The translations under genes were made by a program, and so were the position numbers. A stretch of DNA of 64,000 nt from the human T2T-CHM13v2.0 reference genome, Homo sapiens. The stretch lies in the NCBI RefSeq assembly GCF_009914755.1, contig NC_060939.1, one strand, 5' to 3'. The notes under the pieces are model-generated. The model was not told where the DNA came from and did no database searches. It saw only the letters and a program-made list of their open reading frames with translations. Every line of letters starts with the position of its first letter. Positions within the stretch are counted from its first letter, which is position 1. This document shows positions 1-18,397 of the stretch, one piece after another.

Positions 1-299
1 TGGGCAAGATTCTGAGAGGTGACAAAGGAGAGGTGGGTACAGGGTATGATCACAGACACTGGATGCTGGGGGGAACTGGGGACATCTTGGTACATAAAGA
101 GTCACTAGGGAGGTTGGGGCCAGCAGCTGGAGGGCAGCAGAATTTGATTTACCCATCCAGAACACTTAATACTGGAGCCTGGGGAGCTCAAAGTTTGAAA
201 TAGATGGTTTGAAGCCCAACAAAAGGAAGTGCTACTTTGCAGATAGTGAGTAAAGGAAAGTTCTCATCTTGAAGAGGTCAAGGTGTTTGCACATAAGTC

Positions 300-445
300 C
301 GTCATTTCATCAAGTCTTTACCAAAACCTTAGGAAGTTTGTGTCATCCCCATTTCACAGCTGAGATTCTGAAGCTCAGCAGAATGAAGAAAACTGCCTAA
401 CATCTGAGTAGAAAATACAGGAGCAGACTTAAAACCCTAGCCTTA
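300..445 (-). mobile_element. MIR SINE fragment
   Basis: Antisense MIR core: 'atccccatttcacagctgagattctgaagctcagcagaatgaagaaaactgcctaa'. Confidence 0.6.
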
Positions 446-544
446 CTGAGCTTTCCACATAGTCTCTAGCTTCTTCTGATTCTCCCTCCCACCTCCTCTC
501 CTCACCCACAACTCATTAGCTGGAAAGAAAATGTAGACGTCCTA

Positions 545-660
545 GTCTCACTGAATGAATATGCTGTGTGGCTTTAGATTAATCATGTAAACTCTCTGAA
601 CTGTAGGTTTCCCCATTTGTATGACGATCTGGTTGAACTCTAAAATATTCTGCAAGCATT
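545..660 (+). mobile_element. MIR/MIR3 SINE fragment
   Basis: Degenerate MIR core: 'gctgtgtggctttag...aaactctctgaactgtaggtttccccatttgta'. Confidence 0.55.
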
Positions 661-1017
661 ATCTCCCCTGAGGCCTTACTCAGGGGAAAAACAAAACAAA
701 ACAAAACAAAAAAAACCTTTCGTATGCATAAATCTCTACCCTTGAAGATCCAGCCCCCGGTGCTCCTCAGCTGCATCCTAAACCACAGGTGGTAGAGTTT
801 TATAGAGCTGGTTGCATCACCCAAAGGAAACTTCCTGTAGCTTTTGCAGTAGCCTGAAAAGAAACCATAGGTCCAATACATTGCTTTCACCGATGATAGT
901 TTTACTGATCACATCAGTACCTTAGTTTGGGGTGATCTGAATGTGTTTCCCTTATTAGGAGACAATAAGTCTCCTAATCCATCTGACGTTCTTCATCTGG
1001 GGAGACATTGCCCTTCT

Positions 1018-1311
1018 TGTTTTTTTTTTTGTTGTTGTTGTTTTATGAGACAGAGTTTCACTCTTGTCGCCCAGGCCGGAACGCAGTTGCAACCTCCACC
1101 TCCTAGGTTCAAGTGATTCTCCTGCCTCAGCCTCCTAAGTAGCTGGAATTACAGGCGCCTACCACCATGCCTGGCTAATTTTTGTATTTTTAGTAGAGAT
1201 GGGGCTTCGCCATGTTGGCCAGGCTGGTCTCAAACTCCTGACCTCAGGCGATCTGCCCACCTTGGCCTCCCAAAATGCTGGGATGACAGGTGTGAGCCAC
1301 GGTGCCCAGCC
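1018..1311 (-). mobile_element. AluS element with a short internal deletion in the right arm
   Basis: Antisense Alu with T-rich tail. TSD gacattgcccttct at 1004-1017 and 1313-1326. Confidence 0.95.
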
Positions 1312-1669
1312 TGACATTGCCCTTCTAGTTTTACCATTTGTCCCTTTGCCCTGTTGCCCATTTCTCCTTGGAGACTAGAACATGTTAGCCTCTCAAGGAT
1401 AATAATGGACAAATGGACAGGAATGAAAATAATTACCCAAAATTGGAGGTGATAACTTCATGTTCAATAGCAAAAGTTCCTACTAAGGATCTATTTGCAC
1501 GACCACCCTTGGCAGAATTACTGTATGCAGAGATGACTTTATCCCATCCTAAAATCACAAAAAGCACTGTCACCTTAAAAAGCATCACTGTAAGCAAGCT
1601 CACAGTGTTTAGTTTTGAGAGCAGTATCTCACCGACAGTGTTTTTATTGTCATTTTCTGTTCCTTTTGC

Positions 1670-1765
1670 GTAAGATTGTAAACCGCATGAAGGCAGAGGC
1701 TCTTGTTTCTTGTTCACTAGAGTAGTGCCTGACCCATAGGAGACAATATATATTTGTTGATTTTT
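1670..1765 (+). mobile_element. L2 LINE 3' end fragment
   Basis: 'taagattgtaaaccgcatgaaggcagaggc...gtgcctgacccataggagacaatatatatttgttga' resembles the L2 3' terminus. Confidence 0.6.
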
Positions 1766-1924
1766 CCAACTTTCACTCATACAAGATTGTTAAAACAACT
1801 AGAGACTTATGAATTTCAAAAGTGATCCAGGCGTGAGGGAGATAAGGGAAAAGCGTCCTGTTTTCCGGTTCAGTTATGTCTATGATTACACCAAAGCAAG
1901 GGGCCCCACACCATCACAGCACAC

Positions 1925-2125
1925 ACAGCATGGGCTTTGGGTTCAGACTACAGCTGCATTCCAGCTCCTTCACTGATTAACTGCAAGGCCTTGGACAAGT
2001 CACTAAATCTCACTGAGTCTCGATTTTTCATGTACAAGGTGGGTAACAATAGACAGGACTGTTCTGGGGAATAATTGAGATCCTTTCTTTGAGAGCCAAC
2101 TATCTAACAAAATGCCTGGCACTCT
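1925..2125 (+). mobile_element. MIR SINE
   Basis: MIR core: 'ggctttgggttcagac...ccttggacaagtcactaaatctcactgagtctcgatttttcatgtacaag'. Confidence 0.75.
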
Positions 2126-2157
2126 AACAATCGGTTCTCACTCTCCTACAGTCCAAG

Positions 2158-4765
2158 TTGTGGCGTCCAATAAAGTGGCCACTAGACACATGTGGCTATG
2201 GAGCACTTGAATGAGACTACCGCGGCTGAGGAATTACAATTTTAATTGTATTTAATTTTAATTAAATTTAAACACTGAAGAATCGTAAAATTTTTTTCCC
2301 TCTTCAATACCATTTTATCTTATTTTGATAAGACAGCATTTCAGCTTACCCATTGCATTGCATAAGGCATCGTTATGATGCTGTAGTGCATGTATGGGAC
2401 ACCAGCATTTTTTCTAATATTATTCACAAACACATCACTGATTGAATCAGTGGACAGATTGACTCCATTCAAATGATTATCTTCTATGCACTAATATAAC
2501 AGTATAATGCATTTATTTGGATATTTCAGGCAGACAGCTCCAGTTATAGCAATTCCTATGTAAACTGTAATTGGTAATTAAATTGAAATACTTAGTTTAA
2601 TTATAATATAATTAAATTATGTTTCTAGTTAGAAAAAATAAGTATGGGCAAATTTTCAAATTTAAAATGAAGGCGTACTACGGATATGGAATTGAGTGGA
2701 GATGCAGAAGCTAGTCCCAAGACCCGAACAGTAAAGAATAAAAGAGACTGGAAGAAGGTGTGTTCCAAATCTCACAACATATGGCAATTGCAGTTGGCTG
2801 CCACAGAGTCAAACAAAAAAGCTGTTAAGAAAAAAAAAAAAAAAAAAGGATAATAACGCGGACAATATTAAAAGCTATTTAAAGCAAACGCACATTGAAT
2901 TTGATAAGAGCTTTCTCTCAATAACTAAAAAAGAATTGAAGAAATTAGTCACCTGCAATCAGTATTAAATGTCCAACAAAAATGTCTTAAGCAATTCTTG
3001 ACAAGATCTGATCTTGTAACGCTGGTCAGGTATAAAATGGCTTGAATTCTTTCACAAAAATCCAAACTAAACCAAACCCAAACCCACATGTTTAGATGGA
3101 GAGATGGTAAAAGAAATCATTTCAGTTGTGGAAATTTTTTTAGAAAATTATGAGGAAAAGACTAAAAGATATTTTACAAAAGCAAAATTTCAATTAAGCC
3201 ATCAAACAAGTGACTGTAGAATGAAAGACTAACAATGTCAATGATCAACTGACTCAAAATGTGAAAAATGAGAAGGTCCTTTTTTTTTAAAGCTTTAGAC
3301 AAGCCATATAGAATAAGAGACTGTGCCCAGTTAATACGGGACACCTTTGGTTACATTTTTGTTTAAAAACACTTTCAAATTTACTTAGAAATGGTGTCTC
3401 CGACCTAAAGAAAAAAATCAACTCAATGTGTAGATAGCTTTAAATATTTTAGATATGTCAAAGAAGAGTTTCAACTAGATAAGAAAAAAAATCCAGTTTT
3501 ATCAACAAGACAGATGATGGCCCTGCTATGTTAGGTCAAAAATCTAGATTTATCAGAATTTTAAAACAAGAGACAGATTTTTCCCTTATTGCTTCACTCC
3601 ATTGTGTGACACACACTGAAAATATTTGTGCTAAATTTTTTTTAATGAAAAGTATCACGGACACAGCTGTTAAAAATCATTCAGTATGTACATGTTGTAA
3701 ACCACAAGTGTATGGAACTATTGAAAGAAATAGAAAAATGATATATTTAATGATCGTGTACTCTTTACTAATGTTGACTGCTTAAGAGTTGTGGAAGAGT
3801 TTTATAAAGATTTACAATACTAGTAACCCCAGTTTAAGATTGTCTTGAAACTAAAAGAATAATTAAAGTAAAAAAAAAAATGGCAGCATGATTTATGGTT
3901 TCTCAACTATATCAGACTGCGTACAAATGATCTAAACGTTAAGTTCTAAAGAAAGCAAAAAGAATTTATATTGAAATATAAATTCTTCATAAAGCAAATT
4001 AGTGATGTTTTTACACATTTTTTAAAAGCATGAATTGAGATGCATATTTTAATTGTAATCAACTGTTAGGTAAATTGGCAGCAAAAATTACAAGAAAAAC
4101 GTGAACATCACTATGTTTATATTGATAAATTTAGAATTGCTTTTCAACTTATGCAATACTCTTTTGAAATCAATGTTAATATTACGAGTTGATATAAGAA
4201 TTAATTTATTTAACTTGGACAGATGTAGTTTTAAAATTGATATGGTTTTGCTTCAGAGTCAAATTAATTATTTGAAGCAAACACATGAACCAGTTTTAGA
4301 AATAAAAATGCAAACACTAAGGGAAAAATGTTTTGGTACAAGATTCAGTTATTGGAAAATTTTTAAGTACGTTTGGAACAACTTGAATATGTGAATCCAC
4401 TTTTTCAATTGTAAATTTTATAAAATCTAAGTATCGTTCAGGTATTTCTGATGAAACTTTAACAACTGAATTGAGATGTAGCTAAGTATAAAACAGACAG
4501 TGGAGTTCCAAGACTCACTATGAAGAAAATAATGTAAAATATCTCGTTAATCATTTTTATTTTATATATATATATATTTTATACTTTAAGTTCTAGGGTA
4601 CATGTGCTTATCAGATGTTGAGATGATCATAGTTAGGATATATTGGGTTAAATCAAATACAATATTAAAATTAATTTTCTTATTTCCTTTTTACTTACTT
4701 TAATGCTGCTTCCAAAAACTAAATTATGTATGTGACCTGAATTAGATTTAAATTGGACAGTGGGA
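2158..4765 (+). mobile_element. Near full-length hAT-Charlie DNA transposon fossil (Charlie5-type) with decayed transposase
   Basis: MER3-like left end ('gtccaataaagtggccactagacacatgtggctatggagcacttga') and MER33-like right end ('...ttggacagtg'), ~2.6 kb apart. Transposase motifs readable on + strand: ALD..IRDCAQL (~3290-3335), TDDGPAMLG (3510-3536), HCVTH, and FGTT*ICESTFS...KSKYRS...LRC (4366-4480). Confidence 0.88.
4555..4607 (-). mobile_element. Extremely 5'-truncated primate L1 (L1PA-type) 3' end inserted in the hAT element
   Basis: T/AT-rich tail followed by 'tatactttaagttctagggtacatgtgc', the reverse complement of the L1PA 3' terminus. Confidence 0.75.
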
Positions 4766-4929
4766 GTCTGTAGGTACGAACACTATGCCACATATAGGGC
4801 TACCTCCCCCACCACCTCAAAGGCTCCAAGATTTCTTCTTCACAGTGTTCCATCTGAGTCTGCGATTTCCTGTGTGAAAAGGACAAGTCCTGTCCTGCCA
4901 ATTTAACCTCACTCCATATTTACCCATTT

Positions 4930-7362
<2,433 letters not shown>

Positions 7363-7378
7363 TAGATTAGTTGGATTT

Positions 7379-9837
<2,459 letters not shown>

Positions 9838-10291
9838 GGTTAGTTGGATTTCTTAGTGTAGAGTCTTCTAATCTCCTGTCTAGAGGATCTAAAGCTGACT
9901 GCCAGCATTCTAGAAACAAAGCAAGTGAAAGGGTTGAAGAGGGAGAGGAGGGGTTTAAAAATTCAGCATGTACATTTTCACTAAATCTCTATCCTCAATT
10001 GTCCTAATGTCTCACAGCCCTCAGTCCTCTTACTAGAGAGAACAAACCTCAAAAATTCTGCTTAGGTGATACTAAGGCTATCATTCTAGTAAATGGAATT
10101 GGTAAGGAGATTCAAAATCTAACTGCTTTTTTTAAGTCTTTCTGTTTTTATCCTTTCTTCAACCCACTTCCAGAGGTATCCAATGTCATTAACTTCTGAG
10201 CCCTTTGACATTTCCATGCTACAAGTTTCTTCCTGGATTTTTCCACTGCTGGCATAAGATTCAACTTTTTCAAGTCTGCTGAATCAGTCAT

Positions 10292-10640
10292 TGTCTTGTC
10301 TGGATTCCTCAAAAGCAGATCCTGAGACAAAGGCTGATGCGCAAAATGTTTATGTGTGGGTATGATCCTGAAACTTAGGAATGGGGGTGAGTCAAGAAAG
10401 GAGAAAGATAGAAGAATGCATTATACTGTTGGCCACAGCTTTGGGGCACTTGTATGTGAGTTGTCAACCAGGTTCCTCCAGGCATCCCGCCACTTGACAT
10501 CAAAGAAGCCTAAGAGAGGCATTGTCAGTTTAGATTTCTATGAAGGTGTTTGAAGCATGCTGAAAACTGGCCTCTACAGTTATGGCTGGGACAAGAAGTG
10601 AGACTTAGAGGATTTGTTGGATTTGTGCTGAATCTACCAT
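10292..10640 (-). mobile_element. Old ERVL-type LTR (LTR33/LTR16-like)
   Basis: 'tgtcttgtctggattcctcaaaagcagatcctgagacaaagg...aaaatgtttat' resembles the antisense end of this LTR group. Confidence 0.5.
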
Positions 10641-10739
10641 CAATCTATAGATTAGGTTAGGGTGAATGAGCATCTAAACAGTACTGAGTTGTGCAAAGCA
10701 TTAACAAGGTGTGGGTGTGTGTGTATATATACATCTTTA

Positions 10740-11880
<1,141 letters not shown>

Positions 11881-11887
11881 TGTGGTT

Positions 11888-12118
11888 TCTTCTTCTTCTT
11901 CTCTTTTTTTTTTTTCTTTCAAACAAGGTCTCGCTCTGTCATCCAGGCTGGCATGCAGTGGTGCAATCTTGGCTCACCACAACCTCCACCCGCCCGGTTC
12001 AGGTGATTCTCCTGCCTCAGCCTCCCGAGTAGCTGACATCACAGGCGTGTGCCACCACACCTGGCTAATTTTTGTGTTTTTAGTAGAGACGGGGTTTCGC
12101 CATGTTGGCCAGGCTGGT
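11888..12118 (-). mobile_element. AluS lacking its 5' ~85 nt
   Basis: Antisense Alu that stops abruptly at 'caggctggt'. Tail is (ttc)n/poly-T. Confidence 0.9.
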
Positions 12119-13884
12119 TTATTCTTCTTAAACATGTATTTAATACCATAAATTAAACATATATTTAATAACTATTTTTGGAGGATACAGTTATATATGT
12201 GTGTTCAATTTATTCCCATTAATCCAACATCTTTCTATTTGCTGAGTCTTTTGTCGTTGTTCTTGTTAAGCCTTTGCATATTTACTTATAATTATGATGT
12301 ATATTACTCCAAAACATCAGCCTCACTTCTATACTCTAATTCTTATCAATTCAGGTCCACAGAAATAAACCCAAGCCTTCAAAGTAATTCAGTCAATATA
12401 TAACCTTTATAGCTATTTTAAGGGGTTTAGTTACCAAGGTGCTTAACCTTTAAAAAAAAAATGCCCTGTTGGATGGAGGAATGCATGCCTTTATTTAAGG
12501 TCCCACTCATTTCCTCACGCAACAAATTTCTATTTTCCACCTTCATTCTACCCCAACTTTAAAACAGAAACACAGAAAAACCAGCTATGATTGAGAGGAA
12601 ACATGCACATTATCAACTATTTTTGCAAAAAAAAAAAAAAAAAAAACCAAACAAACAAAAAATCAGACTCTTTTCCTAAGCAAATGACAAGATCTAAGAG
12701 TGTTTTGCCAGAGTTCGGCGGTGCAATCACCAATCCCATATATTACAGCCAGAGACTGCTGGCAAACCCCATGAGCGGGTTAGGGGCAGTGACACTCAGA
12801 GGCTGACTCTGGACTTCTCAGCCTCTAACTGCAATTCCTAAAGTGGAAGACTCCTCTCTAACAAGCTCAGTCACTAAAAGTAGCCAATGCTCACAGTTCC
12901 TTCCACTCCTAGTGACTAGAACATCTCCACTGTCCCCCAAACTTACCAGCCTGTATTTAGACATCAGTCTCCTGATTCACTTATGTCATGTAATCTTCGA
13001 AACAATCTGCTTTTCCTCCGCTAGACACCACCATCCCCACAGTCCCCCACTTCACCCCATGCTAGCTCTGGACACCAGGCCCTTGCACATGTCAAATTAC
13101 TGATGTGCATTTACCTTAGAAGTGGGAGTGACAGAACAACAGCACCAAGTGTCAATTTGTTAACGGAGACATGCTTGGTTGGCTCATTTTCCAAATGAAA
13201 TTTGGTTCCACTTTAAAAGTCAAAGCTGTCATAAAAATGCCACAGACAATGAGGATTAATCTTACACTGTAGAAATTTTAGAAACTCTTCTTCAAAATTA
13301 GAATTAGGCTGTGTGCAGCTTAAAAAGGAAAAATAGGTCAAGGCACTTGCAAAAGGTTACCTATGAATGCATCCTCCCACGTTAAGTGCCTTTAACTCAA
13401 TGTCCCTCGTTCAATCTAGTCCAAAGCAGAAGTGCCCATGACTCACCATATTAAGTGCAGCGTTTCTGATGTGTCCATCATTTTTGTGTCACTTCAGTGG
13501 AAGCCTTCAATTCCAATTTTACACTCTCAGTCCCCTCTGTATGGGAAGGCTGGTTGCAACAGACTACACCACTGCCTCTGCTCCCTCAAAATGCACCTCC
13601 TAAACCATGCTCCAAAGAAAACCTCTGTTACACTTTCTGAATCTTTAAAGAAATGATTCCACACCAATGTAGCAATAGATATTAAAGGACTCACCAGTCC
13701 CCTTTCAAGAGGATGAATATTACCCTCCGGGACTTGCCAGAGATTTGATGCAACAAGCAGTGGTAGGCTGGAGGAAAAAGATATGTTTCCTTTTTTTTTT
13801 TTCCTAAGCAAACCTTTTTGTGACACCCTCATATCTCATGGCCATCTTGTCAACCCAAACAACAGCTGGTCGTTTACATCTTTC

Positions 13885-14005
13885 ATTTTATGCAGATTTA
13901 TTGCATGCCCACTGAGTGTTGATGTGCTCAGTGCTGGGGATCCTGAGACCAATAAGACACATTATTTGACTGCTGGAACTTACCATCTAGTTGGGAAAGA
14001 CATGA
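13885..14005 (-). mobile_element. L2 fragment
   Basis: 'cagatttattgcatgcccactgagtg...gtgctcagtgctgggga...ggaacttaccatctagttggg'. Confidence 0.55.
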
Positions 14006-14085
14006 AGAAATTTAGGATGACACAAGGGATCTACGTATTTAGAATAATAGACAGACTGAAGAGGTGAGTGTGTGAAGAGAGGCTT

Positions 14086-14293
14086 CAGCATTCTGCTGCT
14101 AAATCTTTAAGAGCACAACCTTCAGAACGAGAAAAAAAGCTCTGATTTGTAGTTGCCAATTTCTGTGGTGTAAATATTCCCATGGGTGCTGATTCCAATG
14201 TGCTAACATGTCATCACTGAACAAGGAGTTGAGGAGAGATGCTAACCCTTTGCTCTTCCAAGCACATATAAACTGGCTTTAGCACTCCACAGA
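14086..14293. mobile_element. MER63A-like hAT-Blackjack MITE
   Basis: 'aaaaagctctgatttgtagttgccaatttctgtggtgtaaatattccc...tcactgaacaaggagttgaggagagatgc', ~210 bp. Confidence 0.75.
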
Positions 14294-14342
14294 GGTTTTT
14301 CTGGAGATGACTCTGACTTCAGTCTTAAAAAATAAAAAGGTA

Positions 14343-14831
<489 letters not shown>

Positions 14832-14859
14832 TCAGGAGACAAGATTGCAGAGCTGATAT

Positions 14860-15290
14860 GGTAAATTGCATTTATGGCTTCAATTCCTTATCCTTCTCTG
14901 AATCTATATCCTTTGCCATGGAATTTGACTAAGCCCTCCTTCTCTGGCTCTGGGCTTGGCTATGGGACTTGCTTTGACCAACAGAATAAGGCAGAAGTGA
15001 TAATATGCCTGATCCAAACCTAGATCTCCAGAGGACTTGTATACTTCCCTTTTCCCCACTTCTGTTTCTTCCATTGCCAGGTAAAGGACATGCCTGGGCT
15101 AGCCCACAACTTCCAGGAGAAGGATGTGAAACATGTGAAGCAGAGTTGCCCCCGCTAAGATGGTCCAGCCAAGCCCAGATTAGAGCCTCCAGCTGACATA
15201 GGGACACTTGAGCTATAATAATTAATGGTTGTTGGTTTTAGCTATGATTTTTAAGGTAGTTTGTTAACACAGCAGTAAGTAACCAATACA
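14860..15290 (+). mobile_element. MaLR solo LTR (MLT1H-like)
   Basis: 'ggcttggctatgggacttgctttgaccaacagaataaggcagaagtga' and end 'tagtttgttaacacagcagtaagtaaccaataca'. Confidence 0.75.
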
Positions 15291-15577
15291 ATTGGGCTGG
15301 GGCTAGGATGTGGAAAGCCTTTTATAACTTGCTGTTGACCTAGGACTTCATCCTACGGGCAAGGAATCCACGAAGCAGCATCCAGCAGGGTATTGATACA
15401 GCCAAACTTGCAGCAAGATGGAGAATAAATTGATGGTAAGTAGCTTGCAGGAGGCCTGAGCATATGATAAAACACAGTTAAAAGAGTATAACTCTTTGAT
15501 CTAGCTTTTATAAACTCAGGCAGAGCATAAGAATTCCAGACAGATTAAGAGAAAAAAGCCCTGGGCTGAGAGAGGCA

Positions 15578-15636
15578 GGAAATCAGGGATCACGAGAGAA
15601 GCAAAATTAATAAGAAGGATGAATAGATGTATAGAC

Positions 15637-15699
<63 letters not shown>

Positions 15700-16170
15700 T
15701 AGATAGATAGAGAGAGAGAGAGAGAGATTTATTACGGGAATTAGCCCATGTGATGATGAAGGCTGAGAAGTCCCACAACATGCTATCTGCAAGCTGGAGA
15801 ACCAGGGAAGGTAGTGAGGCAATTCAGTCTGAGTTCTAAGGCCTCACAATTTGGGGGGCTGCCAGTCTAATTTCTGGAGTCTGAAGGCCTGAGAACCTTG
15901 AGCCCTGGAGGGCAGGAGAAGAGGGATGCTCCAGCTCTAGAAGAGAGAAAGGGAATTCACCCTCCCTCAGCCTTTTTGTTCCATCTGGGCCCTCAACAGA
16001 TTGGATGGTGCCTACCCACACTGGTGAGGGTGATCTTCTTTACACAGTCCACTGATTCAAGTGCTGATCTCTTCCAGAAACACCCACACAGACACATCCA
16101 GAAATAATGTTACCAACTATCTAGCATCCATTAACCTGGTCAAGTTGACACATAAAGTTAACCTTGACTG
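15578..16170 (-). mobile_element. ERVL solo LTR (MLT2B-like)
   Basis: 'ggaattagcccatgtgatgatgaaggctgagaagtcccacaac...tgcaagctggagaaccaggg...gtcaagttgacacataaagttaacc'. Confidence 0.88.
15637..15727. repeat. (GATA)n followed by (GA)n microsatellite within the MLT2 LTR
   Basis: Directly visible tandem repeat. Confidence 0.97.
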
Positions 16171-17007
16171 CAGGAGACTGGGTTACAATTCTTTCTTTGC
16201 CACTAACACTTAATGGCTGTAAGTATTACGACACTGGCTCAAAGGGCTAAGTAAATTTAGTGAGGATTAGCAGTGAGGAGGAAGGTGGTGCAGGGGAAAG
16301 TGGAAAGAGGACAAATGAGAAAGGCCTATAAGGATCCTGGTTAGAGGGAAGGAGTTCCATTGAGAAATGAAACTACCAGACAAATGAATGTGACAGGTCA
16401 ATTTAAACACCAGAAACTGGTGTGTGCCCTATAATTCGGGATGGCATTAATGCATCTGAAGAGACACCTGTTCCCTGGGTGTGGGGAGCACTGGACTCTC
16501 AGGGGTACAGTGTAGCCACACAGAAATATAAGGATAAATCCTGCTCCTGACAGAGGCAGGGTCACAGAAACTAGGGTGATTTCTTGGAGTTTTATAAAGT
16601 TATTGGAGATCAAGCTTAAATACCTTTATGAAAACAAAGTGACATTCTATTATTTACATGATTACTTGGAAATTTCTTTATTGCTTTATTGATCTGCAGA
16701 TACTGTTAAGTCATATGTGGCTATTTTTGGTTTGCAATAGAAAATTTTGAAATATTTAATCTCTAAAGAAAAAGTTCTCTCAACAACAAAACAAGTGAAG
16801 CTCAACTGACAATTTATCATGGGAGCATTCCAATCCCCTGTCTATTTTCTCTCTCCTTCATTTATCCTCACCTTTCCTTGAGTGCCTCCCCTGATCTCAC
16901 TCCTGAAGTATCTTACTCTCCAATAGCTGTCAGAGTCCTCCATAATATGCACCTCAGATAGAAGCATTTGGCATTAGACAGGTGACGTGACATTAAGGAC
17001 CAAAAAC

Positions 17008-17754
17008 TGAAACTGCTTTTGCACAAATTGTAACAGGGAGAGAAACCTAACCTGATTCCATCTTGCTTGAGTCAAGTTGACACATAAAATCAACCTTCAT
17101 AGCAGGAGACTGGGTTCTAATTCTGTCTCACAAGCTAACTGCCTTTGTTTACTTTAAAACAAAATAGCAACAGTCCCTTCCCGGAACTAACCCCCTCCTT
17201 GCTCAGGGACTAAGACTGCCTTTGTAAGACCAGTGAAAGTTCATGAGGTTAGGATTATGGGAGGGGCCTGAATTTTGTTAAAATGTAGGTGTAGTTGAAT
17301 GACAACTATCCATTGTTCTGGAGGTCATAAGATTTGTAACTTTCCTAATTGCTCTTACAGATAACATCATTATTGCCAAAACCTAAGATTGGATGCAAGA
17401 TATTTTTGGACCTTTGCATTCTGCCTACCAACTGACTCCACCCAGACCCGTGGCTCATACCAAGGAACTGACTCCCACCCAGAAACTGACTGAGCACGTG
17501 AAGACAGTTTGGACCCTCCTATGATTTCATCCCCAACCAATCACCAGCACCCATTTCCTAGCCCCCTGCCTGCCAAATTATCCTTTAAACCCTAGCCTAC
17601 AAGCTTTTGAGGAGGTGGATTTGAGCAACATCTCCCATTCTTCCACTTGGCTGGTCTGGTGACTATTAAACTGTTTCTCTACTGCAACACTGCTATCTCA
17701 GTGAATTGGCTTTATCTGTGCAGTGGGCAAGAAGAACTCTTTTAGGTGATTACA
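17008..17754 (+). mobile_element. ERV1 solo LTR (LTR8A/8B-like)
   Basis: Starts tgaaactgcttttgca and ends gtgattaca. 4-bp TSD aaac at 17004-17007 and 17755-17758. Internal 'ttaggattatgggaggggcctgaatt' and attaaa poly(A)-type signal. Confidence 0.88.
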
Positions 17755-18397
17755 AAACTACCCAAGGCTCAAAGGACTGAAATCTTAATGGTGGAATTTC
17801 AGACAGTATGACAGACAGTGGGAGAATCAATTCTAGCATCCTACTACCACTATGTTGGCTCCCTGTTTACCCGCATGGCAGATCAACTTTACTCTCTCTT
17901 AATCCAAGAGAAAGACTCCAACTCCTTCACAACATATAAAATGTGCATGTATCTATGCAAGCATTTTATTGTTTCCATAGATCTGCTGTTTTTTAGCTGT
18001 CTTAACTAGCCAGTGACTATACTTGCTGGGAAAATGGTGGAAAACCTTTGTTAGACTTGCTTTTTCAATTTCAGTGACAGAAAACTGTCTTCCTGCCCTT
18101 CATCCTCTGGCACATTTGCCAGAAGGTGGCAATTATAGCCACTTTCCCTAATCTCACTACTGCTCACCCATAGTATTTGGAACCTTTGACCAGGATATAA
18201 AGTTCTAGACCAGTTTCACCTCTTTCCCCAAAAGAAAGAATATTTTTCAAAATGAAGTATTTCCCCCTATAAACAGTATATATGTTTATTAAAAACATAA
18301 AGACAGTATAGGAAAGTATAAAATCTATAATCTCACTGTACCACTTCCATACATTGATTGCTAATATTTTGAGATATGATTTTCCATGTTTTTTCAA

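Noticed and set aside
3528-4394. Transposase ORFs as a domesticated hAT gene
   Set aside because: The reading frame is broken by many stops and frameshifts, and the element still has its transposon ends.
2150-4773. 8-bp TSD for the Charlie element
   Set aside because: Candidate flanks (agtccaag versus agtctgta/gtctgtag) match too poorly to call.
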